From: Amoebophrya sp. A120
Lineage: Eukaryota; Protista; Dinoflagellata
DNA: 64,000 bases
NCBI GenBank assembly: GCA_905178155.1
Contig: CAJINV010000001.1
Location: 931,981 to 995,980, forward strand
Reading direction: 5' to 3'
Part shown: positions 24,846 to 37,700 of the stretch, one piece after another
How positions within the stretch are numbered: position 1 is the first letter of the stretch
Layout: every line of letters begins with the position of its first letter
Position numbers and translations under genes: made by a program
Notes under the pieces: generated by a model
What the model saw: the letters and a program-made list of their open reading frames with translations, nothing else
The model's database searches: none
Told to the model about the DNA's origin: nothing

Positions 24846-27484
24846 TCAACCCTCGCGTCGCCAGGTGGTGGGAAAGAATTCCTCGCGCAGCTCGTTTGAG
24901 TCTCGCAGCTTGTACCGTCCGTAGATGTAGGTGGGCTTGTCCACGAAGCGCACCGCCCCGTCGATCAAGTGCACCACCAGTGCGCGGCGGTGCCGGTCCG
25001 ACTGATTTCCGCGGGACCCGTGCAATGTGTCCTGGTGGTGGATCGAGCAGCAACCCGCCGGCACCTATACATTGCAAATATGTCTGGGTCTGGACGGGTC
25101 GCGCAGCTTGTCATGCAGAGTCCCGACCGCAAAAAAAATTGTCTTGCATGAACCCCAAAAGTTGCCCACTTTGGCTACGAAATAGCTCGATTTCTCACGC
25201 AGGGTAGGCATCAAGAAGGTCTCGCAAAATCTGTGATGCTTCTGTGTGCATTCCAGACCATTGTCCTGGTCCACGATTTGCATGACAAATCTCGCAATCT
25301 TTCAGACCCAGACATATTTGCAAATGATAGCACGCGGGGACGGACAATCTCCAGAAGGCGGGACGACTCGACGAGCCGGCCCTCCGCTATGACCTGCTCA
25401 AACGTTACAATCTCAAACGTTACAATAGAATCTGAGATTTGTCTTGCATGATGAGCATGACAGACTCGCAAAGTGTTCCACTTTTTGCAGTACACATTTC
25501 GCCTGATTGTAGTGGGGTTTGGTGCTCCGGAACCTGTCACGCGCAATCCTATGAGAATTGGCTAGATCATGCAGTCTTGCATCACAGATGTCCATATTCT
25601 ATTGTATCGGTTGAGATTGTAACACCTGAGCGGGTTATATCCGCGGCGAGCTCCACCCGCACCTGCTCCAGCCGCTGCTCCGTGAGCCGGAAGTGCTGGT
25701 CCGCCGCTCCGTGGAAGTCGGTGGACGTACGCAGCCGCTCCCGGACCGCAGGTTTGTGCGAGCCGTATTCCACGAAAAAAGTGTTACAGTTACACATTTG
25801 TAGTGAATTCAGCAACACAAATTTCTCTGCATTATGCAGAAATCCTACGGGAAAACACCTATGAAACGAGGCTCCTATGCATATCCGGCATGACAGAGCT
25901 TGTCTGTCTTGCTTGGCCTGCAACACACTGTGTAACTGTGACACTTCTTTCTTGCGATAAGCCGGCGACGAACTCCAGTACGCCGTTCTCCTCGTCTATC
26001 CCAGAGAAAAAAGCTGGCAGGGCATATCTGTAATGCAAAAATAAATGCGCAGACTTTTTCTTTTTTGCGTATCTATTTTTGCATTACAAATATGCCCTGC
26101 CAGCTTTTTTCTGTGTGATATCGTCCGCGTCATCGAGCGGGATCCAGACGGTAATGCTGTTGCTCCGCGCCCCTTTGCTGTCTTCCACAAACTGGGTGGA
26201 TATGTAGTCCGAATCCACATGGTAGCCAGAGTATGGAACAACGCTTAGTAAGTACTTCTGCCTCTGCGCTGCTATGCGGCTGCTCGTGCCCTTGATGTTT
26301 TCTTTGAATTGTGAAAATCATTTTTGTATCTCCGAGTTCAATTCTAATTCTATCCTGTTAAGTAGGGACAGCGTCAGTTATACGGTGCCGCAGATTCACT
26401 TTCGGCCGCCAACACGCGTATCACAGGAACTACGGCGAATAAAAGACACGAGCTTTGTTGTCTTTTGAACTGTAGTGAGCAAAGCTAGTTCGCCCTCACG
26501 CGGCAGCGTTTGAGATGTATTGATCTCCTCGTTCTCCCATCCATGTTTTTTAGCACGATATTTTCATTGCATCATTTTGATCGACGCATACTCTTGCCAA
26601 CTTGATTGAGCAAGGAACAAGCTCAGGCTGGCGATCGTTTGCTTTGCCAGCGACTTTAAGCATGCATAGAGCCCACGTTCTCGTACATAACACAAGCACG
26701 CAGGAGAAAGACGCGTTCAGCACATCATGCCTGATTTCATCTTGGAAAACAACACCACACTACAACCACAAAGAGCAGCAGGTCGTAAAATTTTTACTTC
26801 TACCTCTAGCTCTAGCGCTGTTGTACTAACTTCTAAACATGCCTTTCATAGTACCGTATCAAATGTAAAAATGTCTGGGTCTGGAAAAGTGTAGACTTGT
26901 CATGCAGATTTTCCATGACCCATGAGGTCTGGAATGCGGGACTTAGCATGACAGACTCTGCGAGGTTTGGGTTTCTGCCATGCCTATCCAACTTGGTCAA
27001 AAGTGTGCAGCTTTTGGCACTCATGCAACACAGATTTTCGCATGTTTCAGATTTACCATGACAAGTTGGAATCTTCCACGCCCAGACATTTTTGCAATTC
27101 ATATACCGCAGCAGCGCCGCACCGGGGCGGCTTCCACACCAAGTCATCCTGGCCCACTCGGGCGGTGTTCCAATGCGCGTACAGCTGCCCACCGAGCGCG
27201 CCCACCTCTTCCGCCAGAACCACGTCCCGGACCGTGTCGTTGGACTTCCACGCGTTGCAAATTTCCCGGGTGGCGTCGGGCCGCGAAATGCCCTCCCGCC
27301 AGTGCCACTCGTCGGGGTAGAGCCCAGTGTCAAAGTCGCCCCGAAAACACGCGGCCATGGCGGTCTGCAAAGCTTCGATCTGAGCTTTCTCCGGTAACAG
27401 CGGCGCTCGATCCAACACCACGAATCCGTGCTCGTGAAAGAAGCTCTTTTCGGCCTCGGTAAGATGCAGAGAGCTTACAACCAT
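24846..27484 (-). CDS. Phytanoyl-CoA dioxygenase (PhyH)-family Fe(II)/2-oxoglutarate dioxygenase
   Basis: Spliced product has FFHEHGFVV, WKPP, YHVD (HxD), ITVWIPLDDADEENGVLEFVAGSH, distal His TLHGS and RRALVVH; six introner introns. Confidence 0.88.
25066..25329. mobile_element. Introner, family A
   Basis: Family A TIRs; DR gcacc/gcacg. Confidence 0.9.
25388..25639. mobile_element. Introner, family D (TIR tat....ctcaa..gttaca.tctcaa)
   Basis: TIR pair; perfect DR tccgc. Confidence 0.9.
25766..25959. mobile_element. Introner, family E
   Basis: tattccacgaaaaaagtgttacagttacaca ... tgtgtaactgtgacacttctttcttgcgata; perfect DR agccg; splits the AGSH motif. Confidence 0.9.
25997..26120. mobile_element. 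Minimal 124-bp hairpin introner
   Basis: ~50-bp arms tatcccagagaaaaaagctggcagggcatatctgtaatgcaaaaata / tatttttgcattacaaatatgccctgccagcttttttctgtgtgata; perfect DR tcgtc. Confidence 0.92.
26232..26850. mobile_element. Old, expanded introner-like intron
   Basis: tatggaac...ttagtaagt / acttctaa...tttcata residual IR; DR lost; frame restored only together with the neighbouring element. Confidence 0.5.
26857..27103. mobile_element. Introner, family A
   Basis: Family A TIRs; perfect DR taccg. Confidence 0.92.
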
Positions 27485-28236
27485 GATTGCGGGCGCTTTT
27501 TTATTGACAAATTCAAAGAATGATTGTCGCTGGGATCGTTCGTGGTTTTATCTTCTTTTTGTCGTGGTCTTCAAAGGAAAGTGAAACATGGTGCAGAAAA
27601 TATCAAGTTTTTGTATGAACGGTTGATAGAAACCAGAGTCAATGTTTTCATCTGCACGCGTTTATCTTCATGCTCAGCTCTACTCGACGCACTGAGTGGC
27701 TAGGTAGCGTAATTCCTTGTTTCGTCGTCTCTCTACTCTTCATTTATCGTGTCGTACGTTCTACTTTCCTGCGCCAGGGAGTTTTCGTTTCCATTCTCTT
27801 TCGTAGCATCCAATGCCTCGAACAATTGGGTGTAGTTGCTCGGATAGCGTAGCAAAATTCGTGTCGCCAGTACCACTTCATACGACCTGTTCAGATTTCT
27901 CCCTTTTCTCAAGGAGAAGGAATAAAAGGTCTCGAGTTGGCTTGTTTTTCTTCTTCGTCTTTCGCGAGAAAAGATAAAACGTCTTCCATAGCAAGTTCTA
28001 TTCCTTGTTGCTTGATGTTCGTCCGCTAATTATATCAACAATCTACCCAGTTGATAGGACATCAAGCGGGGGCGGTGGCGCTAGTGTAGCGATCGCAGCA
28101 TCGCAGCGCGCATCCTCTTCGATCTGCTGATCTCCTCATCTGTTTAGAAATAGTTAGACCTTTGGAGAAGACCTCTCTGCGACTACAGCGCCACGACCCC
28201 GGCTCGGTGACGAAAGTCTACCGGTGCGTATTTCAG

Positions 28237-28471
28237 TATGGCGTTCTCAAATGTTACATTCTCAACTGTTACATGAATTTGTAATGCAAGAACGGCGAAA
28301 GTGAAAGGGACAAGATTGCGCCTTTTGCATTACAGATTTGGCACAGATTTGCATGCTGTCTAGCCCTTCGGATATTTGTCATGCGAAACAGCTTAATCGT
28401 GGCGATCTTGGTGGTGAATTTGCATGACAAATCATGTAACAGTTGAGAATGTAACAGTTGAGAACGCCATA
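28237..28471. mobile_element. Family D element in non-coding DNA (3' UTR/intergenic)
   Basis: ~40-bp TIR tatggcgttctcaa.tgttacattctcaactgttacatga; perfect DR ttcag; lies beyond the stop at 28706. Confidence 0.92.
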
Positions 28472-28705
28472 TTCAGTTCATCAAGTCTATGTAATTCAGA
28501 AAGAAAGTGTAAAAACTTCTTCTTTCGTAGTCACTTCTCTTCATGAGAAGAATTTTCTGTAGTAAAGTTGTATATATAAAAGCGACGTTGTGTTTGTTTT
28601 CTGTTGGTATTGCACTAATTCATTGAATAAAACCGTAATGAAAAAAAGCTCGTGCATCAGGAGGCACAACAGCACGTCAAAATGGGGACAAGAAAATGAT
28701 CTCCG

Positions 28706-31700
28706 CTATTTCTTTTTCTTCACGCTTGTTTTTTTCTTTGCCTTCTCGACTCCGCCCCCACCGTCGGTCCCACTCACCGCACTTTTCTATCCTGAGTAGA
28801 AGCGCACACACACACCAGAGTTGTAATGCAGATTTGCAAAGACAGGAAGACTTGTAATGCGCATCCCCATGAGAGCCATTTCCAATCGTGTTTTGGAATT
28901 TGTGATGCTGTGAACAGCATGAGCAGATGAATCTGTGATGCGGCTGCACTTGCTAACCTGCACTACACTGCAGAGCGCAACTTGTCATGCGTGACTCACA
29001 AAACTCCTAGGTTTGTGTTGCAAAATCCTCATCCTGACTCTGGTGTTGGTACGTTTTTACTCAGGATATTTTCGCTTTTTTCGTCTTTGCCGCCGACTTG
29101 TTGGTTTTCTTGGAGGCTGCTCCGGTGGTGCCAGGAGGTTCTTCCCCCTGTAGTACGTCTGCTGCGTCGCCGTGCACTGCCCCGGCTGCGCCCACATCCA
29201 CCCCGTCCTGCTCGATCCTCGGCGTGGGCGGGTCGTGCACGGGCGTGCTGGAGGTTTTTATTTCCTTTTTCACCCCTTCCTCGTCGTCGGGCCCTAGTAC
29301 TTTTTTCGTCCCGGCTTTGATATTTCCTCGTCCTCCGCTCGGACTACTGCTGCTGCTGCTGCCGCCTTGCTGCGCGCTGCCGACAGCCGCCGCACCTTCC
29401 GTGGAACAACCACCAACCTCGTCTAGCTCGCCCGCGGCAACCGCGTCGTCGCTGGTGGTGCCGCCGGCCCGCGCAGCACCGTCCTCGCCTCCACTGCTCT
29501 TGTTCGCCGCAGAGGAAGAGGCGGAGGGCTCCTGCGCGTCCACGTCTGCTGGCGGAAGTGCTGGCTCGTCAGCGTTACTGCTTTCCGCCTCTACTTCCAT
29601 CGCGACGTCCTCGTCTCGTACAGGTTCCCCTGCAGGAGCTGCCCCACCCGGCGCCGGTGGCTCCATCTGCATGGTTTCCAGCTGCTTGAAGAGTGCCGTG
29701 CCCACCCCGTCCGGCCCGCGGCTCTCGTCGGCGTCCGCATCGTCGACGTCCATAGCATCATCCTCCTGCAGAAACCCACTGAAACCTCCGGGGGCTGAAG
29801 ACAACTGTAGTTGGTGTCGCGGATGTCTGTAAGGTCTGGTTCTAAGTGGTGATACTTGTTCTATCAAGAAGCCATTCTAGTGATTTCGAATAGAAAGTAA
29901 GGGAATGCTTTTTCAGTGTGTTCAGAACTCGTGCAAAAGAAGACAAATTCAGAAGTGGGAGTTCCTTCCAGGTCAAAATACTACGAGTGTTTACCGCTTC
30001 CTTGTTGCTGGTGGTGTTGTCCGCGTTCGATGTGGTGCCTTCCGGCAGCAGGTCTTCGTCCTTGAGCTCCGCTGGCCCGTCGTATGCATTGCAAATATGT
30101 CTGGGTCTGGAAATTTGTGATGCAAGAAAGAGTATAGTGAGCACACTGCAATGCGCAGCCCAGCATGACAAGTTTTCCCGTGGTTCTGAGTTGCGTACTC
30201 CGCATGAGAAACTGCATTTTTGCATGACAGGCAAGAGGAGCTCTTCGCGGCCACGCAATACAGATTTCAGAGTCATACCAGACCAGCATGCCAAATCTCG
30301 GAATCTTCCAGACCCAGACATTTTTGCAGGTGATACGTCGAAGAAGGTTTCCATTTCCTTGTCCACTTCTTCGTCGTTCAGCTTCAAATTGTTCGGCTTT
30401 TTCCCGGCGGCCGCCGCGGGGCCGCGGCGCAACGTACCGTCCGCTTCTTGCACGACGAAGTACAGCACGCGACGCAGCCCCTTGAACCGCGCGGCCTGCG
30501 AGTACAGCGCGTCCGTCACGCGCGGGTGCCACTGGAACCTCTTCAACCCGTCCGGGTTCTCCCGCGCGTATGGGGTTCTCAAGCGTTACACTCTCAACTG
30601 TATACATGATTTGTCATGCAAAAACACTATCACCCTTCACACGATCCAGCCTTCTTCGCATCACAAGTTCCCGACGCGGACGCGCTAGATAGCATTATAA
30701 TCTGCTTCAAATCTGTAATGCAAAAGGCGCAACCTTTTCCCTTACACTTTTGCCATTTTTGCATTACAAACTTCATGTAACAGTTGAGAATGTAACGCTT
30801 GAGAACGCCATAGCGCTGCCTCCGCGGTTAGCACCTTGGCCTCGGTGAGGATGACCCCGTCGGCGCCCGCGGAGCTCGCGGGCTCGTTCTGAATATCCGT
30901 CGGGTCCGTGTGCATCGTCTCAAAGAATTGCTCCTCGGCGCAACTGGGGTCCACGGCCAGCTCCAAAAACTGGTGAAAGGGGCGGACAAACTGGAACTTC
31001 ATCAGCACGCTGGCCCACAGGGACTTCAAGTCCTCGTCTGTCACCAGGTCGTCGGTGACCTTCCCCAGTAGGTCGCGCAGCGCGTCCGCCGCGCCCTGGG
31101 CGCCGGGGCGAAAGATCTTCAGCGAAGACCGTGCGAGGAACCGCCACGCGTCGTTCCCCAGGTCGTTGTCGGCCAGGTCCGTCCCGTGCAACGACAGGTG
31201 CCACAACAGCTTGCCCAGTTGCACCGCGAGCGCGGGGAGTGTCGAGTCCGCCTGGGGGTAGAAGGTGTGGGTCAGCCCCAGGTTCTCAATCACCAAACGG
31301 CAGATTTGCATCATGTCCTGCGGGTTCTCCAAATCGGGCGGAAGTACGAACCCACCGTCTACAACTGGGGGAGCAGCTGGTCGTCGTGTTTTTTCTTTTT
31401 TGGATGATGTACTTAGGCAAAAAAATTGCAAACAGGTAGAGTAACTGACACCAGGAACAAACCCGACTGATGCCTGGCGCTTGTGCTTCGTGCTAAGTCT
31501 TTTACGTGTAAAAATATTCGATGAAGCTACGTACAGTTACTACATGCGCAAATTCTGAGAGCGAGCAGTTCGCTCAATGTATCTTCTACGCCCAAGTAAG
31601 GAGGCACTGAAGTTGTACCTTCCTCTCCGTTGCTCACCATGTTCACGTCACCAGCCTCGGACTCTTTCTTCGCCGTAGTTTTTGGGCGGGCCCAGTCGAG

Positions 31701-34700
31701 AAGCGCGTGTGCGAGGATAGGCGCGGGGGATCGGCACCCCTGGAAGGAGCTTTTCCAGTCGCAGCGGAGCGCCACGCGAAACGCGGTCCGCAGCAGCGCC
31801 ACGACATCTTTGACACGAAGGTGTTGTGGCCCTTTTTTGGTCTCCAGAGGCTGCTGGGTGCGCAGCAGGTCCGCGACCGCCTGCACGAACAGGGTGCTCT
31901 TCTCGATGATGGCCTCACGTTTCTCGACCAACTCCCCTCGGCAAACCGGGTTCTTCACCATCAAGTTGTACATGTGGATATTTTTCGTGGTCAGCCCCGG
32001 ATCCGCCACGTCCGCGCTGCCCCCGGCCAGCTTCTGGTAATACTTCGCCACTTTATCTGAAAGTTTGATGTTCACCGATAAAGTTTCGAGGTCAGTTTCT
32101 TGAATGTTGTTTCGGTAGTTTCCTTTTAATACTCCTTACTTATTCATTTATTATATGCCTAATCAAGAGTCGGAATTACAAGCAAAACTTCTGCAAACGA
32201 TAGTAGAAGTCATCTATTCTCATACCAAAGTCCTTGCACATTTGGTCTGCCATGTGGCCGACCATTTTCCATGCGTGCGCGGCGTCGACCATATACGGCT
32301 TGGACTTCAAGTTCTTCACAAATTTTTCACTATCACAGAGAAAACTGCTTCCAACTCATGCAGGCATGATCGTCATCAAGCTCAAGGGTCAGGGATTTTT
32401 TTATGAGATGCTAAAGGCATGAACTAAGAACATGCGCTGCTGCTTTCGACTGCTAAACGAACCTACCACGATAGTATCTTCAAATCAGGCTTTCATGCTG
32501 TTTTCATCGTTTTCGTTGGAAGCGGAGATTATTTTTCTCGGCATATTCGCGCACGGGTCCTTTGTCCAACGACGGCAGGTGCTTCAACGCGTCCAGAATG
32601 TACTCCGTCAGATCTGCTCGGTCGGTCAGGAGCTGCAGTATGGACTCGTTTATCGAATGCAAAAACTACACCCTGTGTCTTTAGGGTCTTGTCACCTAGG
32701 AAAATGCAGCCTTCAAAGAAAAGGGTGATATTACCGTCACCGTGAGCACAAGAGAATGTAGACTATAAACATGTTGATATTAGGCATTCAGCAGTTAAAA
32801 AGACAAAGATCCCTTTTCCGCCGCTGCAGAGATTCTGCATTTAGTTCTTCTATATTTGTATATTTTCATGGGCATGCTCATGGTCTTGGTCTTGCAAGAG
32901 GAGCTCAAGACTTCCTTGGTAAAGAAAACTACCCTCGGACATTTTCAGAGTTGCGATGCGTATCATCCGTGAACCACTCGCGCATAAACTCGACACGGTT
33001 GGAACGGTTCGAAGCCCCGAGCTTTTGTCGCTGTAGCATGATCCCGACCGCAGCAATTTTGTAGCTAGACACCTCTCTGGGCTTACTGTGGTATGAAAGG
33101 GGTGAAAGCAGTTGGAGTAGCAGTTGCTTTTCATAGGTAAAGTAAGTACTTGTACTTACAGTTACTTACAATTTAATTCGCAAAAATAAACGGCACTCAA
33201 ACTCAATCAAGGCCAAAAAGTAATTAGTGACGTCGATGCACTTTTCGTACGATGCAATTCGTCGCCTAGAATTATTCTGCATTCTCTCGCAGCAATTATT
33301 GTGTCTGCGATGAAGGAAGTTACTTAACTGCAGCAATCGCGCATCAGGCCTTTTGCTTTCATCACCTTACGCACAGTTCCGACCACACGTAACAGACGAA
33401 CTGCATCAGCAGCAGGGTGTCCATCTCTTTGGCGAATCGCAGGATGCCCAGCACCGCCAGCGGCAACTTCTTGAGCAGGGTGTCGAGCCGCTCCGCGCCG
33501 GCTCTGAAGCGCTCCTTCCGCTGCTCCGCTGCCTCGTTGTTGTCTCCACCCAGCTATCCTGTGCAAAAGTATCGTACTCGTAGTAATTGCATTTATGCAT
33601 TAGAGTGAGGTAACAAACTAAAGCTGGAACTTCGCGGTTGAGTTCTCATCCGGCCACCGGCCGGATGAGGCCAACCGCTGAAGGCGGGCAACCGCTGGCA
33701 GCGAGCGGACAACCGCTGGAAGCGGGGGACCCGAGCGGACAACCGCTGCACGGGAAACCCGAGCCGAGTGAAATAGTAATAGGAACGGAAATTCTGGACG
33801 CTGCGCAGATAAAGAAAGAATAGAAAGCCCACACGTCTGCTTTTTGGGTGTCGGCGCTTTCCGCTGCCTTTGCATGGCAAAGCTGGGGCTTTTTGCCTAA
33901 TGAAACGCCGCGGCCCGGGAGCGGACAGGGGAGAAGAGTTGGTCGACCGGTTGAGGACGGGGGAAGAGGACCGGGCCGGCCGGCCGGGTTCCGCCGGTGA
34001 TGTGGTTGAGTTCTCATCCGGCCGCCGGTCGGATGAGAACTCAACCGCGAAGTTCCAGATTTAGTTTGTTACCTCACTCTTACAAATTTCTTTCTCAAGG
34101 CAATTCAGCATTTGTAATGCTGGGGAAATTTCTTGTAATGCTATTTCTATTAGTACGATGCTTTTGCATTTCGTACCAGCAAGTCCCCATCCTCGTGCAG
34201 GTCCAACACGTTGTCTTTTTTCTTCCTCTTCTTTTTTCCGGCGGCCGCTCCCGCCGGCGGGTTTTGTTCCTTGAGGTCCTGGAAGATGGCGGGCCGCATG
34301 ATGTTCGCCAACTTTCGCCCCACCGCGGCGTTGGCTTTTTGCGCGTCCTCTTCCGTCTCGTCCGCGATCGCCCCGTAGAACTCCGCGTACTCGTGCGCGA
34401 CTCGGGCCATCATCTGTTGCGGATCGATCACCTCCGCCAGCTGAAAAGTGGAATAGTGGTTCGCCTTCTCGAGGAAATCCGCAAACGAGCTGCGGTATGC
34501 ATTGCAAACATTTACATTTTGTCAGGGACTGGAATAGTAAACTTCTGATGCGGAGTTGCGAATGACTGAAACACATGGGACGAGGGCAACTACACAAAGC
34601 TGCATGGCAAGTTTTGTATGACTCTCATCCCACTATGAGCCGTAGGAGCACGCATAATGACAAAAAGTTGCGCTTTTGGACGACGGAAATTTTGTCGATC

Positions 34701-37700
34701 ATGCGACTGCTTCTGCTCATACAGATTTTTATTTCCAGGCGTTTTAACAAGTACGAGGACCAGAGTTTGCACTTTTATTTTTCCAGACCCAGAGCGAAGA
34801 TGTAATTTGCGATTGATATCCGAACCATGGGGCTCTTGTCGTGCAGCAGGTGCCACAAGTTGCCGCAGATCAACAGGTTTTTCAGGTCGTCGTGGCCCCC
34901 CGGGCCCGCCGGGAGCTTCTCAATCAGGTGGGACAGGGCGCGGCACGCCTGGTCTCGAACCTTCGGGAACCGCTTGTCTGTGGCCACCTGCCCGAGCGAC
35001 GCGAGCATGGCCTGCCGATCGGTGAACTCAATCAGGGTCCAAAACTCGGTAAGCACCTCGGCGGCGCATATCGAATGTAAAAATGTCTGGGTCTGGAAGA
35101 GTGCATGTTTGTCATGCTTGTCTGGCATGACACCCAAATCTGTCATGCACGTTACCCAAGAGCGGCATTTTTCTGTCATGCAGAAACGCAGTTTGTCATG
35201 CAGAATAGGCAACACCTAGAAGCTCAGAAACCTGTCATGCTGCGCCAGCACTTGTGGCCTCCTCATGATACGCCGCCCAGCATCACAAGTTTCCAGACCC
35301 AGACATTTTTGCATTTGATAGCGCACTGGATGCCACGAATCCGGACCTCGTCGTTCGGATCCATAATTCCGTATCAAAATGAAAAAAGCCCCCGCGCCAT
35401 ATAAAAACGGAATTTCTGACGCTGGATTTGTGTACACAGATCAGCTCTGTATTGCCGAGAGGCATGGCGGCCAGATCTCCAGGCTAGGTAGGGGCGTACG
35501 GGTCTAGTTGTTCAGCATGGCAAACGGCCCCCCTTTAGGCCTCACAGCATGACAAATCGCTTCCATAATGGGGCGGAAGCTTCTGCCCTTGTCTTCTTGC
35601 AAGACAGGTGTGATGTGTGACCTCAAATCCGCAACACAAATTTTTGGAAACATACCTTTTCAATATGAGGAGGGGGGATTTTTCCTCTCAATATTCCGTC
35701 CTGGATCACGAGCACTTGACGCTCTGGTGGGAGAGATGTTTTGAAGAACAAAAATAAAGTCATCTTCCCGCTTCTCGCTGTTTCTTCATTCTCATATTGC
35801 ACTATGTCCTCATAATCCACAAAAAATGTTTTCATCTCCTGCTGTAGTAGTTTGTTTTAGAAACACAAAAAAGGTAATATCGGTACTGAATTCCTGCCTG
35901 GTGTCGTCGTGGGCCGTGTCATAGTTGTCGGTGTGCACGAGGGGAAAGACCTTCCCCAGGACGGTGACGGCGTTGAGGCGCACTTTCGGGTTCGCGGCCG
36001 CGAGGTACTTCCACAAAACTGGGGCGTATTGCCGGATTAACATGCTTTTCAGGTCCGGCATGGCGTGCATCTGCATGTGGAACTCGTTCAGCAGCAGCAA
36101 AGCCTTTTTCGCACCCTCTGGCTGTGCGAGGATTGCGCAGTGGATCCAGTCGGACACACGGTCCTCCAGCATCATCCGCGTCTTTTCCTTGCCTAGCCGC
36201 CTCCGCTCGTACTTGGCCGGGTCGCCCGAACCCTCCGGCCCCTCCCAACTGCTCCGGGACAAGTCCCAGGCGTTGAACAGAATTTTTCCTAACTGTCGAA
36301 TCACCCCGCTGTTCTGACTTGGAAGCACGTTCTGCAGGATCGGGGTTACCTTTGGATGGTAGTTTTCAAAACATTTCTTGTAAAAACTCAATGCGCACGG
36401 AGGCGGATAGAATAAGTAGATATTCGGAGGCGGATAGAATAAGTAGATATTCATCCGGGAAGACAATGTAGCACAAGCTGCTTCTGTGCCACTGTCTTTA
36501 CATATTAGCTGCCACGGTGAGCCAGAAACTGCCCACGAGCTGCCTCATTTTCCTGAAGCTAATTTGTCTGCACTGGGTTGCTGCATAATCGGGATCTCGA
36601 TGAAAGGAAAGTAGACAGAGGCAATGGCATTATGCAGGTGGTCAGGAAGATTTGTATAGCCACGAAATCGAAAATAAGCCTCCGCATCATGAAAAACAAC
36701 ACCTCTTTTGTCAGGGAATGGTGCTGCGCTAGAATGAAGGCGAGAAACTTCTGGCCGTGTGCGTTCTTGAAGAAGGGCGGGCTGGCGAAGCAGCGGGTGA
36801 TGCAGTCCTTCATGTGTTTCGTGCTGGGACCGTATCGTCAGAAAACAAAACCGTCTCAAAGACTCAACGACCTTTGCTTGGCTTATTCTGCACTCTCAGC
36901 ATCACAGGCTCCACCTTCAGCATGCGTTAGATGCAAGAGAAGTAAACACGTATGAACAAGTGCCCTTTTCTTGCATGTCCGCGAGCATGACAAAAAAAAA
37001 CTGTGTCAACAAAGAACAAGTTCCGCATACTTAAAGTAAAAGTCAAGACGGAGACAGTTTTTTCTCGCGATCATAGGTCATCCCAGTCAAACTCCTGGAA
37101 CATTGCCCGGACGCCCCAGAGCTGCTCCACGCTCTTCTGGGTGGCGCGGTCGGCGATCGCCTCTTCGCAGAGGTAAACTGCGAGGGTGCCGTGCACGATG
37201 AAGGCCACCCGGTGGTTCATCTTGACCACCCGCTCGAACCCCGCGGCCAACTGCTGCTTCCCAGTTTTCCCCAGCGGGTGCCTCGGGAGCATATGCATTG
37301 CAAATATGTCTGGGTCTGGACTCTTTTAATGCTGAGTCGTGAACAGTCAAGCTCAAGACGCTTACCCTGTATATGCACAGCAGAGCATGAGAAAAATATG
37401 CGCGCAGCTGTAGTCGTGTTGCGTTTATTTACGCATTACAAGCTGCGTTTTTGCATAACAAGCAAAACGGTCTCTTCTACTTCACCTTGGACACATATCA
37501 CAAGTAAAGCTTTTCTGTCATGCCAGACAAGAATGATAAACCTTGCATCCTTCCAGACCCAGACATATTTGCAATTCATAGTCCAGGCACGACTGCAGCA
37601 CGTTAAGCATGTGCATTAACTGGGGCGGAATCTCTGCCTCGTTCTGCGCCGCGCTCGGCTTGTTTTCCTTCTTCCTCATTTGTGGTATTAGAGAAGACGG

